From IMG/VR virus record IMGVR_UViG_2576861459_000003, positions 1 through 64,000 of that record: a stretch of DNA of 64,000 nt; one strand, 5' to 3'. This DNA is from an uncultured virus (IMG/VR IMGVR_UViG_2576861459_000003). Its lineage: Duplodnaviria; Heunggongvirae; Uroviricota; Caudoviricetes. Numbering within the stretch: the first letter of the stretch is position 1; every line of letters begins with the position of its first letter. This document shows positions 41,160 through 51,008 of this stretch, piece after piece. The translations under genes were made by a program, and so were the position numbers. Below the pieces are notes generated by a model, which did not search any database, was not told where the DNA came from, and worked only from the letters and a program-made list of their open reading frames with translations.

Positions 41160-41980
41160 GTTGCCAAACCCTTCCCTTCTACATTTCCATTGATAAACCG
41201 TGACAGAGTGTCAATGAAGTTATAAAAGTTCTCATTTCTGGTGCCTGAGCGTCCTTTTAGAGAAAAGGTGTTAAACATTGATTTGCGCAGTCCAGTGCTT
41301 AACTCAAGTTGAATGCTCTTTCCTGTTTTATTTTTATTCGCAACATTGTTCGGACTGCTGCCAGATAACCTTGTCCCCTCATCAAGAAGCTCTGCAGAGT
41401 AGCCGGCATTATTTAATGTGATTGTTATCGCTTCAGCTTTGTTCCGATCTGTGCCGCCAACTAAAACATGTTGATCATTGCTTGCGTAGCCGTGAAGTGA
41501 CAGTGTGAACTCATGCTCCTTCAACATTTCAAGTGCTTGAGGTTCATCGAAATTTGTACTGGTTAAATGTAAATCAAATGCTCCTGGTGTCTTTAAAGCT
41601 TCAAAAAGATATGTAGAGTATGTTTCGCTTAATTCCTCTGCAAGCTCACTTGTTCCCCCTTCTATGCCACCTCCATGGGGAGCAAGAATTAATACATCAG
41701 TGCCCTGCTCTTTTGAGAATACACTAAAATTGAACGGTGATTCATTCGCTTTAAGCTCTTCAAAGTTGCGATACTTGTCCGCTGCTAAAATACTCAATGG
41801 ATTCAGGAATGAAACCAGAGCAGTCACCAGGACTGGAAAAGTCTTCTTAACTGTGATACACTTTAATAGCTTCGTAGTGATACGATGCATGCAGAGTTGG
41901 GAGCGCCCGTCATAGCAAACCCTCTCTGCCTCTTCAATCTTTTTTAACATTTCCTCTATTCTGTTTTTAATCCTCAACAA
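41156..41980 (-). CDS. pghZ: poly-gamma-glutamate hydrolase
   Basis: APHGGGIEGGTSE, HLTST.FDEP, SLHG, QLE motifs; equivalent of yoqZ. Confidence 0.9.
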   Translation of the reverse strand: MLRIKNRIEEMLKKIEEAERVCYDGRSQLCMHRITTKLLKCITVKKTFPVLVTALVSFLNPLSILAADKYRNFEELKANESPFNFSVFSKEQGTDVLILAPHGGGIEGGTSELAEELSETYSTYLFEALKTPGAFDLHLTSTNFDEPQALEMLKEHEFTLSLHGYASNDQHVLVGGTDRNKAEAITITLNNAGYSAELLDEGTRLSGSSPNNVANKNKTGKSIQLELSTGLRKSMFNTFSLKGRSGTRNENFYNFIDTLSRFINGNVEGKGLAT

Positions 41981-42076
41981 TTAATAACCACTCCTTTTTA
42001 TTTTTGTTTTATTCTTAAAACTCAAATCACATAGGTAACTCACATTGTTATCACCCCCTTAAATAAAAAATTACTT

Positions 42077-42475
42077 TTATTTAGACTCAATACTGATTCC
42101 TGAATCCTTTAGCAATCCCATTTGTTCCCCTGATATATTTGCTTTCACTACGTCCCACCCGACTAATGTTTGACCGTAATACAAATCAGTTAACTCTACA
42201 TCACCATCATTCAAATCACCTTTTAATCGAATTATTCTTTCTCTATACGTTTCGTGCCCTACAATTTCATAGTCGTCATTATAAATTTCAAACGTTTTGT
42301 TGTCGGTTTCATAGTCTTCGAAAGATGTACATAAATATCTGCCGTCAGAAAGGGACGGGTTAGTTTTCAGCCATTCATATACTTCTTCATTAGATCTAGC
42401 AAGCAAGTATGTAAAGATACCCCGTTCACTTCCTCTAGGAGCAAAGTGTTTTAACATAATTTCATATAAATTCAT
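42077..42475 (-). CDS. hypothetical protein (YoqY-like)
   Basis: Start MNLYEI after AAGGAG. Confidence 0.65.
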   Translation of the reverse strand: MNLYEIMLKHFAPRGSERGIFTYLLARSNEEVYEWLKTNPSLSDGRYLCTSFEDYETDNKTFEIYNDDYEIVGHETYRERIIRLKGDLNDGDVELTDLYYGQTLVGWDVVKANISGEQMGLLKDSGISIESK

Positions 42476-42541
42476 CCGTTTCTCCTTTTTAAATGTATTT
42501 AAAATCTCTGTTTCACCTTCATTAAAGCTATCTGTCTTCAA

Positions 42542-42763
42542 TCACCTCGATACACTTATTTTATTTTTATTAAATAAATCAATTATGTAAGCCTCGTACA
42601 TCTCATCCCAATAGGGATCTGTTTTAGCTATGTACTTCGTTACCTTCCCATTTTCCTCAATCTTAAAAGTTTGCCCCTTTTTAATATCAGTGAACTTCTT
42701 CTTTGTCCATATCCCTCTAATTAACACATCCACTTCTTTAACCTCAACTGTTTGCTGCTTCAT
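42542..42763 (-). CDS. hypothetical protein (YoqX-like, 73 aa)
   Basis: Start MKQQTV after AAGGAGG. Confidence 0.65.
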   Translation of the reverse strand: MKQQTVEVKEVDVLIRGIWTKKKFTDIKKGQTFKIEENGKVTKYIAKTDPYWDEMYEAYIIDLFNKNKISVSR

Positions 42764-42833
42764 CACATTCCTCCTTTTTGATTTTCGTGTATCAAGCCTG
42801 TACAATATTCAAAAACCCTAAAGGATGATGAAC

Positions 42834-43508
42834 ATGTGTGGCAGGTTCACTTTGTTCTCTGAGTTTGACGACATCATCGAACAGTTCAATATAGATCAAT
42901 TTTTGTCTGAGAACGAATACCATCCAAGCTATAATGTAGCTCCTTCACAGAACATCCTGACAATCATTAATGATGGATCAAACAACCGTCTGGGTAAGCT
43001 GAAATGGGGTCTTATTCCTCCCTGGGCTAAGGATGAAAAGATCGGCTATAAAATGATTAATGCTCGTGCTGAAACATTGGCCGAGAAAGCAAGCTTTAGA
43101 AAGCCGCTTGTCAGCAAACGCTGCATTATCCCTGCGGACAGTTTTTATGAATGGAAGCGTCTTGATCCAAAGACTAAGATTCCTATGCGGATTAAGCTTA
43201 AATCCTCTAATCTCTTTGCATTTGCCGGCTTATATGAAAAGTGGAATACACCTGAAGGCAATTCGTTATTCACCTGCACAATCATTACTACAAAGCCCAA
43301 TGAGCTTATGGAGGACATACATGATCGTATGCCGGTTATCCTTACTGATGAGAACGAAAAGGAATGGCTAAACCCCAAAAACACGGATCCTGATTATCTT
43401 CAAAGCTTACTGATGCCCTATGACGCTGATGACATGGAGGCTTATCAAGTTTCATCTTTAGTGAATTCACCTAAAAACAATTCACCTGAGCTCATTGAAT
43501 CCCATTAA
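42834..43508 (+). CDS. yoqW: SRAP/HMCES-family abasic-site protecting protein
   Basis: MCGRF N-terminus, NARAET, FYEW, HDRMP motifs. Confidence 0.93.
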   Translation: MCGRFTLFSEFDDIIEQFNIDQFLSENEYHPSYNVAPSQNILTIINDGSNNRLGKLKWGLIPPWAKDEKIGYKMINARAETLAEKASFRKPLVSKRCIIPADSFYEWKRLDPKTKIPMRIKLKSSNLFAFAGLYEKWNTPEGNSLFTCTIITTKPNELMEDIHDRMPVILTDENEKEWLNPKNTDPDYLQSLLMPYDADDMEAYQVSSLVNSPKNNSPELIESH

Positions 43509-43577
43509 GTACCACAGTCATTTTGCTTTATATATCACCTTCGCTTAGCTATTATGTTCTAAGTAGGAGGTGATATT

Positions 43578-44390
43578 TTGTTTGTATCGCCAATGTTATT
43601 GCATTCAATAAAAGAGCCATTTGACGACGAGAACTATATCACTGAGCTCAAATTTGATGGAATCAGACTCATCCTTTCTAAATTTGATAATCAGATTAAG
43701 CTATACACTCGTCACAACAACGAAGTAACAAGCAAGTTTCCAGAACTCTTGGACTTAGATATTCCAGATGGAACAGTACTCGATGGTGAAGTTATTGTAG
43801 CTGCCTCAGGTGGTGCTCCTGACTTTGAAGCTGTAATGGAACGTTTCATGTCCAAAAAGTCAGCTCATAAGATTGTTTACTGTGTTTTTGATGTTATCTA
43901 TAAAGACGGTCAGTCAATAGCAGCTAAGCCAATCACTGAGCGTAAGATAGTCCTGAACTCACTTGAGTTAAATCATCCTAATGTCTTTGTAATCGAAGGA
44001 ATTCAAGGTAACGGACTCGCTTACTTCAACCTGGCCAAAGAAAAGAATTTAGAGGGAATCGTACTCAAAAAAGCTGACTCCCCTTATGAGATCAATAAAC
44101 GTTCACATAATTGGCTCAAAGTGATCAATTACGATTACACCGAAGTTCTTATTACCGGCTACACCAAAAAGGATATAAAATTCCTTCTGTCTTATCCTGA
44201 TGGAACAGCAGCTGGATTTATGGAATTCATGCCCCATGCAGAACGCGGCAAATTTCATTCTATGAAACAAGTACAGTCTGAATCTGAAGAATATGTATTT
44301 ATTGAGCCTATATTATGTAAGGTTAAGCACAGATTTAAGACTAAGCACGGTAAACTCCGTATTCCTTCCTTCGAATCCTGGAGAGTGTAA
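43578..44390 (+). CDS. ligB: ATP-dependent DNA ligase
   Basis: ELKFDGIR, LDGE, FDVI, EGIVLK motifs. Confidence 0.92.
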   Translation: MFVSPMLLHSIKEPFDDENYITELKFDGIRLILSKFDNQIKLYTRHNNEVTSKFPELLDLDIPDGTVLDGEVIVAASGGAPDFEAVMERFMSKKSAHKIVYCVFDVIYKDGQSIAAKPITERKIVLNSLELNHPNVFVIEGIQGNGLAYFNLAKEKNLEGIVLKKADSPYEINKRSHNWLKVINYDYTEVLITGYTKKDIKFLLSYPDGTAAGFMEFMPHAERGKFHSMKQVQSESEEYVFIEPILCKVKHRFKTKHGKLRIPSFESWRV

Positions 44391-44495
44391 TCTCTCCGTT
44401 ACATAGCTCCTTAGAGCCTAGCTTTTAAAATCCGAGTGAAAATTTAGTACATTGATCAATAAGTTATCATCCAATCATCGAAGCTATAAGCATAA

Positions 44496-44867
44496 TCAAC
44501 ACTCTCTAAACCCTATTTCTTTTGCCTTCTGACGGATTTTCATGCATCCTTCATAGCTGTAAGCCCATATTTCTTTATAATCCCTCAGTTCGCCGCATTT
44601 CCCTGTTATAATGAACTTTCTAAAACTGTTGACCAGTTGCCACATGTTTCCTCCATGCGAAAAGCCGTTTGGACTACCGTACCCCATTTCATATGGATAA
44701 ACATCAGCCCCCGTATAATCATCAACGAAGAATAGTTTCTTCTTAAACCTGAAATACGCTTTGCGATTCATTTGCTTACAGAAGAAAGTGCGTCTATCAA
44801 TATCAGCAATTAGCTTTATCAAGTCATTAATATCATTCATGCGTTTTATTTGCTCTTGATTTGGCAA
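44496..44867 (-). CDS. hypothetical protein
   Basis: ORF track with AAGGAGG RBS. Confidence 0.65.
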   Translation of the reverse strand: MPNQEQIKRMNDINDLIKLIADIDRRTFFCKQMNRKAYFRFKKKLFFVDDYTGADVYPYEMGYGSPNGFSHGGNMWQLVNSFRKFIITGKCGELRDYKEIWAYSYEGCMKIRQKAKEIGFREC

Positions 44868-45029
44868 TTTGGTTGCCTCCTTTCATTAAAATAAATATTT
44901 TATTTTGATCCAAATTTGATCACCAATCAAGTTCTAAATCGTCCATAATATTTGTCATTGCATCGTCCTCTTCTTCTGTTAACCCGTAATCAGCAAGCCT
45001 GTTTAAATAGTCTTCTCGCTCGTGTTTGG

Positions 45030-45863
45030 TCAATTTCTTTCCTCCTTTAATTCCACATTAATGTTCAATACATTTGCAATACGCTTACCTACCTCATTGG
45101 AAACTGTTTGTGACACCCTTTCTTTAAATCCATGCAGCAGCCGACTTCCATTTCCAAAACCTTCTGCAATAAGTGATTCAATCTTTTCTCCCGCAACTCT
45201 ATCCAGTTTTCCTGACTCAGACATCTTCTGAACTTCATTAGAAACCGCAATACTAATCATTTCTTGTACGTCTTGTCTTGAAATACCTAATTCATTATGT
45301 ATGAGATTTTTCAATTCTTTGTATGCACTATTTTTATTTTCAATGGTATCTTTATGTTCATCTAATGGAACGAGTACGCGATATTCATCACCAAACACCA
45401 GCCCAATACTTTTTACGCCTACATCTCCGTCAGAATAACGCGATCTAACCGTACCCACGATACCGACCTCCTTATCGTTCCCTATACATTGATCAGGTAT
45501 GTCAACGATAATCTTCTCGCCCACTTCCGCTTTGCGATCGACCATTTCGTAGCGCTGCCCGCCAATGTGAACGATGTCTGTCGGTTCGAGTACGTGGTAT
45601 TCGCGATCATATAAGGCAATCGATTGCCCATTTGCGAGAATAGATTCCGCATAATGACCGAATTTTGAGTCGTCTTTTACAAATCGACTGACAAACGCCC
45701 TATCACCGTTTCTATATTCTGATTGACAGTCTGCCTCAACAATAATTATCCTTTCGCCAACCTCCGCCTTCCTATCGACCTCGATGTATTCCCGCTTGAT
45801 GCCACCTAGTTTTTCATCAGCCAATACGTGAATCTTTGTATTTGTGTTCGCCTTAGTTTCCAT
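45030..45863 (-). CDS. hypothetical protein with internal DRKAEVGE repeat
   Basis: 277-aa ORF, GAGGTGG RBS. Confidence 0.7.
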   Translation of the reverse strand: METKANTNTKIHVLADEKLGGIKREYIEVDRKAEVGERIIIVEADCQSEYRNGDRAFVSRFVKDDSKFGHYAESILANGQSIALYDREYHVLEPTDIVHIGGQRYEMVDRKAEVGEKIIVDIPDQCIGNDKEVGIVGTVRSRYSDGDVGVKSIGLVFGDEYRVLVPLDEHKDTIENKNSAYKELKNLIHNELGISRQDVQEMISIAVSNEVQKMSESGKLDRVAGEKIESLIAEGFGNGSRLLHGFKERVSQTVSNEVGKRIANVLNINVELKEERN

Positions 45864-45993
45864 TATTTATCCCACCTCAATATTTTTTAAAAGTTTTTTG
45901 ATTTTCATATTGCTTTTCACTCTTTTATTAATAGAGGCATGTCTTACGCATGCCATCTAAGAGAGATAGGGCATTCTTGGGAGGTGAAAGGCA

Positions 45994-46146
45994 ATGAAAA
46001 TTCTAATGGATCTTTTCACAAATTGGACTTTTGATAAAGTCATGGATTACATGCTAGCTGCTGTAATTTGGCTTGTATTCAAGTCCAAGCCAAAGCAGAA
46101 TGAGTATCCCAATGACTTTGAGAAAAGGCGCCGCTGGAGAGATTGA
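45994..46146 (+). CDS. small single-TM peptide (50 aa), type I toxin-like
   Basis: Manually read ORF MKILMDLFTNWTFDKVMDYMLAAVIWLVFKSK..RRRWRD after GGGAGGTG. Confidence 0.6.
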   Translation: MKILMDLFTNWTFDKVMDYMLAAVIWLVFKSKPKQNEYPNDFEKRRRWRD

Positions 46147-46198
46147 TATTCTCTCTATGATCGTTATCTATATGGTTACTGCTTTAGATAGCGATCTT

Positions 46199-46582
46199 CT
46201 AGTGGTTTAATTTAAATTCAACACCCAAAAAGTCACATAACTCTTCCTTAAAATCCGGTTCTCCAAATGTTCCATTCAACAACCTGTGTTCTAAAACATT
46301 GAGAGTAACCTCTTCAGGTTCCCACTGATCTTCTAAACCGTGGCATGAACAGTGGGAACCATTAACCTCGAACAATTTCCCTCTCTCTTCAAATAGAACC
46401 CAAGCGTGCCCTTCACAAATGTCGCCATCATAAGAGGCAAACAGAATGTTTACATCAGTTTCTTTTTCTTCAAAGTCTGACAAAACGTCAACCTTTTCTT
46501 TTCCTTCCCATTCGTTCAGAAGTACTGATTTTTGCTTAATGATTTCTTCAAATTTTTTCATTGTTACTTCCCCCATTTTCAC
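46199..46582 (-). CDS. hypothetical protein with HCSC motif
   Basis: ORF track. Confidence 0.65.
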   Translation of the reverse strand: MKMGEVTMKKFEEIIKQKSVLLNEWEGKEKVDVLSDFEEKETDVNILFASYDGDICEGHAWVLFEERGKLFEVNGSHCSCHGLEDQWEPEEVTLNVLEHRLLNGTFGEPDFKEELCDFLGVEFKLNH

Positions 46583-46597
46583 TTTGAAAACTATCTT

Positions 46598-46999
46598 TTA
46601 TCTGAACTCTAATGGCTCATTCAACTCAAATGCCAATCTACACCCATTGATAAACTGTTTTAAAGTTTCTATGTATCTATTAGGCAACATATAATCATGA
46701 GGCATTTCCACATTTGCCAACTCTTCTGCATAGGGTAAGATGGCTTCTAATTCCTCTGCAACAACTTTACACATTTCAGGTGTAATTACACCATCACAAT
46801 CTGAATGACCGAAAAACTCTGTTAGCCCCTTATGGGTTATTGTTGAATAGCCTTTGCCAAAGTACCAATAACCATCCTTAAATTTTTGGTTATCATGTGG
46901 TGGCCAACTCCCTCCAATTGATTTTAATAAAAATCTTCTAAGATTATTGAATGACGAGTACGCCCCATCGAATGCTCCGTGTGTTACATATAAACCCAT
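46598..46999 (-). CDS. hypothetical protein with HSDCDG motif
   Basis: GGAGG RBS; bracketed by boundary repeats. Confidence 0.7.
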   Translation of the reverse strand: MGLYVTHGAFDGAYSSFNNLRRFLLKSIGGSWPPHDNQKFKDGYWYFGKGYSTITHKGLTEFFGHSDCDGVITPEMCKVVAEELEAILPYAEELANVEMPHDYMLPNRYIETLKQFINGCRLAFELNEPLEFR

Positions 47000-47122
47000 G
47001 TATCAAGGCCTCCAATTCTGTTTAAAATCACGATTTTAATTTAACTTTAATGTGTATCATCTTGAGAAAATCCCCTTTAATTGGTAAACTCATACCTAAC
47101 TTACGTAAGAGTGGGTGATTCC

Positions 47123-47497
47123 TTGAATAAAACAATCGGTATTACTGGATTAATCATCAGCATAGTAGTGCAATCATTTTCGGCCGATGATTCGTTATCC
47201 CACAGGATTGCTACGGGTTTGTTATTTGTATCAATCATGATTTATAATTTTGAACACGCTAAAGATTATTCTAAAAAGTCACTTGTGATTTTAGGTGTTT
47301 CCTTTATCGTTTTTATGCTAGGGATTTATAAACTCCTCTCTTTTGCCAGCGATTACTTTGAAGAGCTTAATGTAAATTTTGGATACATTCTTTTATTTGA
47401 AATAGCATTGATTATTGCCTTAGTGTCGATTGCAGTAAACGTAATGAAGTACATTGCGAACCGGCTAAGGAAAACACCTAATGGTAAAGAGCTTTGA
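47123..47497 (+). CDS. yoqO: YoqO-family membrane protein
   Basis: Four TM segments, 124 aa from TTG; synteny. Confidence 0.65.
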   Translation: MNKTIGITGLIISIVVQSFSADDSLSHRIATGLLFVSIMIYNFEHAKDYSKKSLVILGVSFIVFMLGIYKLLSFASDYFEELNVNFGYILLFEIALIIALVSIAVNVMKYIANRLRKTPNGKEL

Positions 47498-47510
47498 CTC
47501 TTTGCCTTTT

Positions 47511-47726
47511 TTAAGCTAAATACTTCTTCTTATGTGGTCTTCTATGTATGAAATCAAACGCAATATCGACTTGTGCCGGTTCCTTCTCCTCTGCTACTCG
47601 CTCTGTAACAACAATCAGTTGTCCATTTTCCTGGCGGTCAATGCTATGGACTGAATATCCTTTAGCAGCGTAATATTCACTAATAATCTCATCAACGTGG
47701 TTACTAAGCAGATTCCTCTTTATCAC
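47511..47726 (-). CDS. hypothetical protein (YoqN-like)
   Basis: GTG after GGAGG. Confidence 0.6.
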   Translation of the reverse strand: MIKRNLLSNHVDEIISEYYAAKGYSVHSIDRQENGQLIVVTERVAEEKEPAQVDIAFDFIHRRPHKKKYLA

Positions 47727-47875
47727 CCTTGTAACCTCCACTTATTTTTATTCTTTAAATATCTATATGTATTCCATCCGCAGCCGTCAAATACGCTTAT
47801 GTCCGCTCCAAGATGCCATCTAAACCAAACTAAATTAAACCAGGCTGTATCAATTATGTGCTTTAAATAACCTAT
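47723..47875 (-). CDS. small ORF (50 aa) with ATA start
   Basis: AAGGAGG 7 nt before ATA; stop overlaps next GTG (GTGA). Confidence 0.45.
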   Translation of the reverse strand: MGYLKHIIDTAWFNLVWFRWHLGADISVFDGCGWNTYRYLKNKNKWRLQG

Positions 47876-47909
47876 GTGTCTTCCTCCTTACAATGAAATA
47901 ATCCTTTTA

Positions 47910-48134
47910 TTATGATTTATATTTCAACGCTTTTAGTTCATCTTCATACAAAGGAAGAATAGCCTTTTCAGCTTCTGTTTTAGACACACCATGCTGCTCC
48001 ATATAAGTTACAATATCCATTCCAATGTTATTCCCTAGTTCAGTTTCCCAAACTATGTGATTAGCCATAGCAAGATTGCCGTCCACTAAGTCTGTCCCCT
48101 CTCTCTTTAAAACAGTCTTTTTATTAAATCCCAA
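47910..48134 (-). CDS. hypothetical protein
   Basis: ORF track. Confidence 0.5.
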   Translation of the reverse strand: MGFNKKTVLKREGTDLVDGNLAMANHIVWETELGNNIGMDIVTYMEQHGVSKTEAEKAILPLYEDELKALKYKS

Positions 48135-48720
48135 TCATACTTTCCCTTAGATTCTTTATCCATTCGTTTCGTCTGTTTACTCTCTCAACTTCTTCCTGAT
48201 GCATTTGTTTATACCATTCGATATTATCCCTTGTCTTCTCAATTTTCATTTTCAACCATTCTTCAGGATCATGTCGTACGACCTCTCTAATGAGACTGGG
48301 ATTACAATCAGTTTTAATACTGCCTTTTAACTGCTCAATTGCAAACTCTTTAAGACTTATGTGCTCACTTGTAGGTGGCTCCCATTCTTTGATACATTCT
48401 AATAATTTCGTATACCGTTTTAGGAGTTGCTTTTGGTTATCAGAGATTTTCTTATATTCATTTAATTGATTTTGATACAGGGCGTCTACAGCCATCTCCG
48501 CTTCTTTTAGTGACATATTTGTATACCTGTCTAACTCTGATAACTCCTTGGTTAAAGCATCTTTATAGTAGCTACTCGGTTCAAACTCAGGTATTTCAGC
48601 ATTTAAAGGTTCTTCCCTCATTGAAATGGTTGCACCAAAAGCCCGTGCACATGTCAATAAAAAGTCCTTAGGGGATACCTCTTCTCCCTGATAAATTTCG
48701 CTTGTATATCCTGTTGGCAT
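48124..48720 (-). CDS. hypothetical phage protein (MPTGYT family)
   Basis: 198-aa ORF with RBS. Confidence 0.75.
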   Translation of the reverse strand: MPTGYTSEIYQGEEVSPKDFLLTCARAFGATISMREEPLNAEIPEFEPSSYYKDALTKELSELDRYTNMSLKEAEMAVDALYQNQLNEYKKISDNQKQLLKRYTKLLECIKEWEPPTSEHISLKEFAIEQLKGSIKTDCNPSLIREVVRHDPEEWLKMKIEKTRDNIEWYKQMHQEEVERVNRRNEWIKNLRESMIGI

Positions 48721-48764
48721 ATTTAAACTCCCTTTCTCTTTTAAATTTTACTTTCATTTAGATA

Positions 48765-49952
48765 TTAAATAACCAGAACTAACCTTTCTGAGCTTCGTGT
48801 AATTGCTGTATATAACCACCTATGATGAGTTTCTTTGTTTAAAACCTCATTTAGTACAACAACATTTTTCCATTGCGATCCTTGTGATTTATGACATGTT
48901 ATTGCGTAGCCAAAATCGAAACTGTTGTAAACTTTATGTTCATATGGCAGCAGCTTAAATGTCGGATCGGTTAATAATTTATTTGGGATAGTAATTTTCC
49001 TGAAGTATGACTCTTCTGAAAAGTCAGGTCTGAAATCAATTGTTGTTGCCTCGTGTGTGAACTTTTCTTTGATCTCCTCTCTTTTATATACCTTTTTAAC
49101 ATATCCGGTCATTCCATTTACAAGGCTCACATCATCAATACTTTTATTCCAATCATTATTTAAACAAATCATTTTATCTCCATTTAAAGGTACATCACCT
49201 GTAAAACCTAAGACCTCTCTAATTTCCGAATTTAACTGTTTTCTTGTTCTGTTGTAACCGCATATGATTTGATCTGCTTTTTTATACAACCTATCTTTGA
49301 CGTTTTCCCAAGTAGCATGCGTTATAACAACAGCCTCTCCATCTTTCCCATAAACGCCTGGTTCAATTTCTTGCTTAGTTCTGGCCAACATTGAAAGTTT
49401 AATTATTGGATTTTCAGCTGCCTGTCGATGGATCTCCGTCAACTGAAAATCAGGATTATTAAACATCTTTAAAAACTCTTCGTTCCCATTCTGTGATACT
49501 GGAGGCAACTGTCCAGTGTCACCAATAAATAATATCTTAATTCCGAAAGACTTTAGGTCTTGCATTATTTGACCATCCACCATTGAGGCTTCATCGATAA
49601 CAATCAATTTTAAATCCTGTAACATACTCTTAGCTTTTTTAGCAACCTTGATTTCTCCGCTCTTATCCGTATAAACCTTGTATATTAAGCTATGTATAGT
49701 GCTCGCTTTGTATCTTCCCTGTGCTTTCTGTGTTACTACTAACGCTGCTTTACCGGTATAACAAGCAAAAGCCACTTCATCTAGCTTAATCCCTAATTTT
49801 TCAATAACATAATTCACCAATGTTGTTTTGCCTGTACCTGCGTAACCAGATAAAAAATATGTTTGATCTTGATTGCCTTTAAACCATTTTTCAATGCTTT
49901 CTACAGCTTGTTCTTGCGTCTTAGAAAGGCTGATATCCACTATCACATACAT
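48765..49952 (-). CDS. SF1B RecD/Dda-like 5'-3' DNA helicase
   Basis: GYAGTGKT, DEASM, GD..QLPPV, HRQA, TCHKSQGS, YTAITR motifs. Confidence 0.9.
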   Translation of the reverse strand: MYVIVDISLSKTQEQAVESIEKWFKGNQDQTYFLSGYAGTGKTTLVNYVIEKLGIKLDEVAFACYTGKAALVVTQKAQGRYKASTIHSLIYKVYTDKSGEIKVAKKAKSMLQDLKLIVIDEASMVDGQIMQDLKSFGIKILFIGDTGQLPPVSQNGNEEFLKMFNNPDFQLTEIHRQAAENPIIKLSMLARTKQEIEPGVYGKDGEAVVITHATWENVKDRLYKKADQIICGYNRTRKQLNSEIREVLGFTGDVPLNGDKMICLNNDWNKSIDDVSLVNGMTGYVKKVYKREEIKEKFTHEATTIDFRPDFSEESYFRKITIPNKLLTDPTFKLLPYEHKVYNSFDFGYAITCHKSQGSQWKNVVVLNEVLNKETHHRWLYTAITRSSERLVLVI

Positions 49953-50003
49953 CCTTTTTATTTTTATTTAAAATGCATCTTTTAACTGGTTGAACTTATA
50001 CGG

Positions 50004-50339
50004 TTATTCTTGTCCACTCCACGCTTCAAATTTCTCTATGGCAGCCTTTTGTTTATTTTCATGATTAATTTGCTCCTGAACGGAATTTTCGTATGTAATG
50101 ACTTCATTAATCGCCATCTCTATGTAATTGTAATCCCACTTTGCTTCACAATAACTTGGAGCAAAATTTCCTTCTCTTGTGAGACACTTGAACTTTTCTT
50201 TCCCGAATAATCCGCGTAGCTTTTTATATAAAGAGACTCTGACCAAACCTTTCGAGTATCTGTCACTGTAAATACTTACGGCATACTCATTACCTTCAAC
50301 TGAAGTCACTGGATATTTGTGTAAGTGAAATTCGTTCAT
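50004..50339 (-). CDS. hypothetical protein
   Basis: ORF track, ATGA coupling. Confidence 0.7.
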   Translation of the reverse strand: MNEFHLHKYPVTSVEGNEYAVSIYSDRYSKGLVRVSLYKKLRGLFGKEKFKCLTREGNFAPSYCEAKWDYNYIEMAINEVITYENSVQEQINHENKQKAAIEKFEAWSGQE

Positions 50340-50641
50340 TCCGTACCCTCCTTCACGATATAACCATTTAAAATTGCCTTATTAAGATCATAAGCATGCA
50401 GGGTGTTCAACGGTTCAAACAATCCAGTCCACGGATAAGTAACACCCATGTTAATACCAAATTGTTTCCCTACAAATTGAAGACGCGCAAATTCTTTTTT
50501 ATCCCCATTTGTTAAGTCGTTCACTCTCTGAGGATCATTATCAGCCATTCTTAAATAAAACTTCATGCCTTCTTTGATCGCCCGCGCCTGTTCCCGCGTG
50601 ACCTCAACCTTATCGCTTGTTTTGATTTTTGTCTTTCTCAT
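50336..50641 (-). CDS. hypothetical protein
   Basis: ORF track, ATGA coupling. Confidence 0.7.
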   Translation of the reverse strand: MRKTKIKTSDKVEVTREQARAIKEGMKFYLRMADNDPQRVNDLTNGDKKEFARLQFVGKQFGINMGVTYPWTGLFEPLNTLHAYDLNKAILNGYIVKEGTE

Positions 50642-50808
50642 TCCGCGTCCTCCTTCTTTTCATTGACCCGATCAATGAAAATGTGTTCGGAATCTTTATG
50701 TGATTCATCATAATGACGGAGGATGAATCTTACACATTCTGTATTGTCTCCCGACTGAAAAATGGTTTCATTAGTTCTTTCATCATAAACACGATATTTT
50801 TCACTCAT
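50638..50808 (-). CDS. small hypothetical protein (56 aa, MSEKYRVYDE...)
   Basis: Manually read ORF coupled on both sides. Confidence 0.65.
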   Translation of the reverse strand: MSEKYRVYDERTNETIFQSGDNTECVRFILRHYDESHKDSEHIFIDRVNEKKEDAE

Positions 50809-51008
50809 TCCGCGCCCTCCTCAGTCCAAAGCAATGTCTCATTCGTTATTTTTTCCACTTTATAATTTATGATATAGTTATTTTTTGCGTATTCCTCTGC
50901 ATATTTCAATGCAGTTTTATCATCCTTAGCGCCGAAACTGAAATGCTTCCAACCGAACTTAACTTCGTACCAAATCTTATATTCAATACGCTTTACTTCA
51001 GCATTCAT
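50805..51008 (-). CDS. hypothetical protein (start MNAEVK)
   Basis: GGAGG RBS. Confidence 0.6.
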   Translation of the reverse strand: MNAEVKRIEYKIWYEVKFGWKHFSFGAKDDKTALKYAEEYAKNNYIINYKVEKITNETLLWTEEGAE

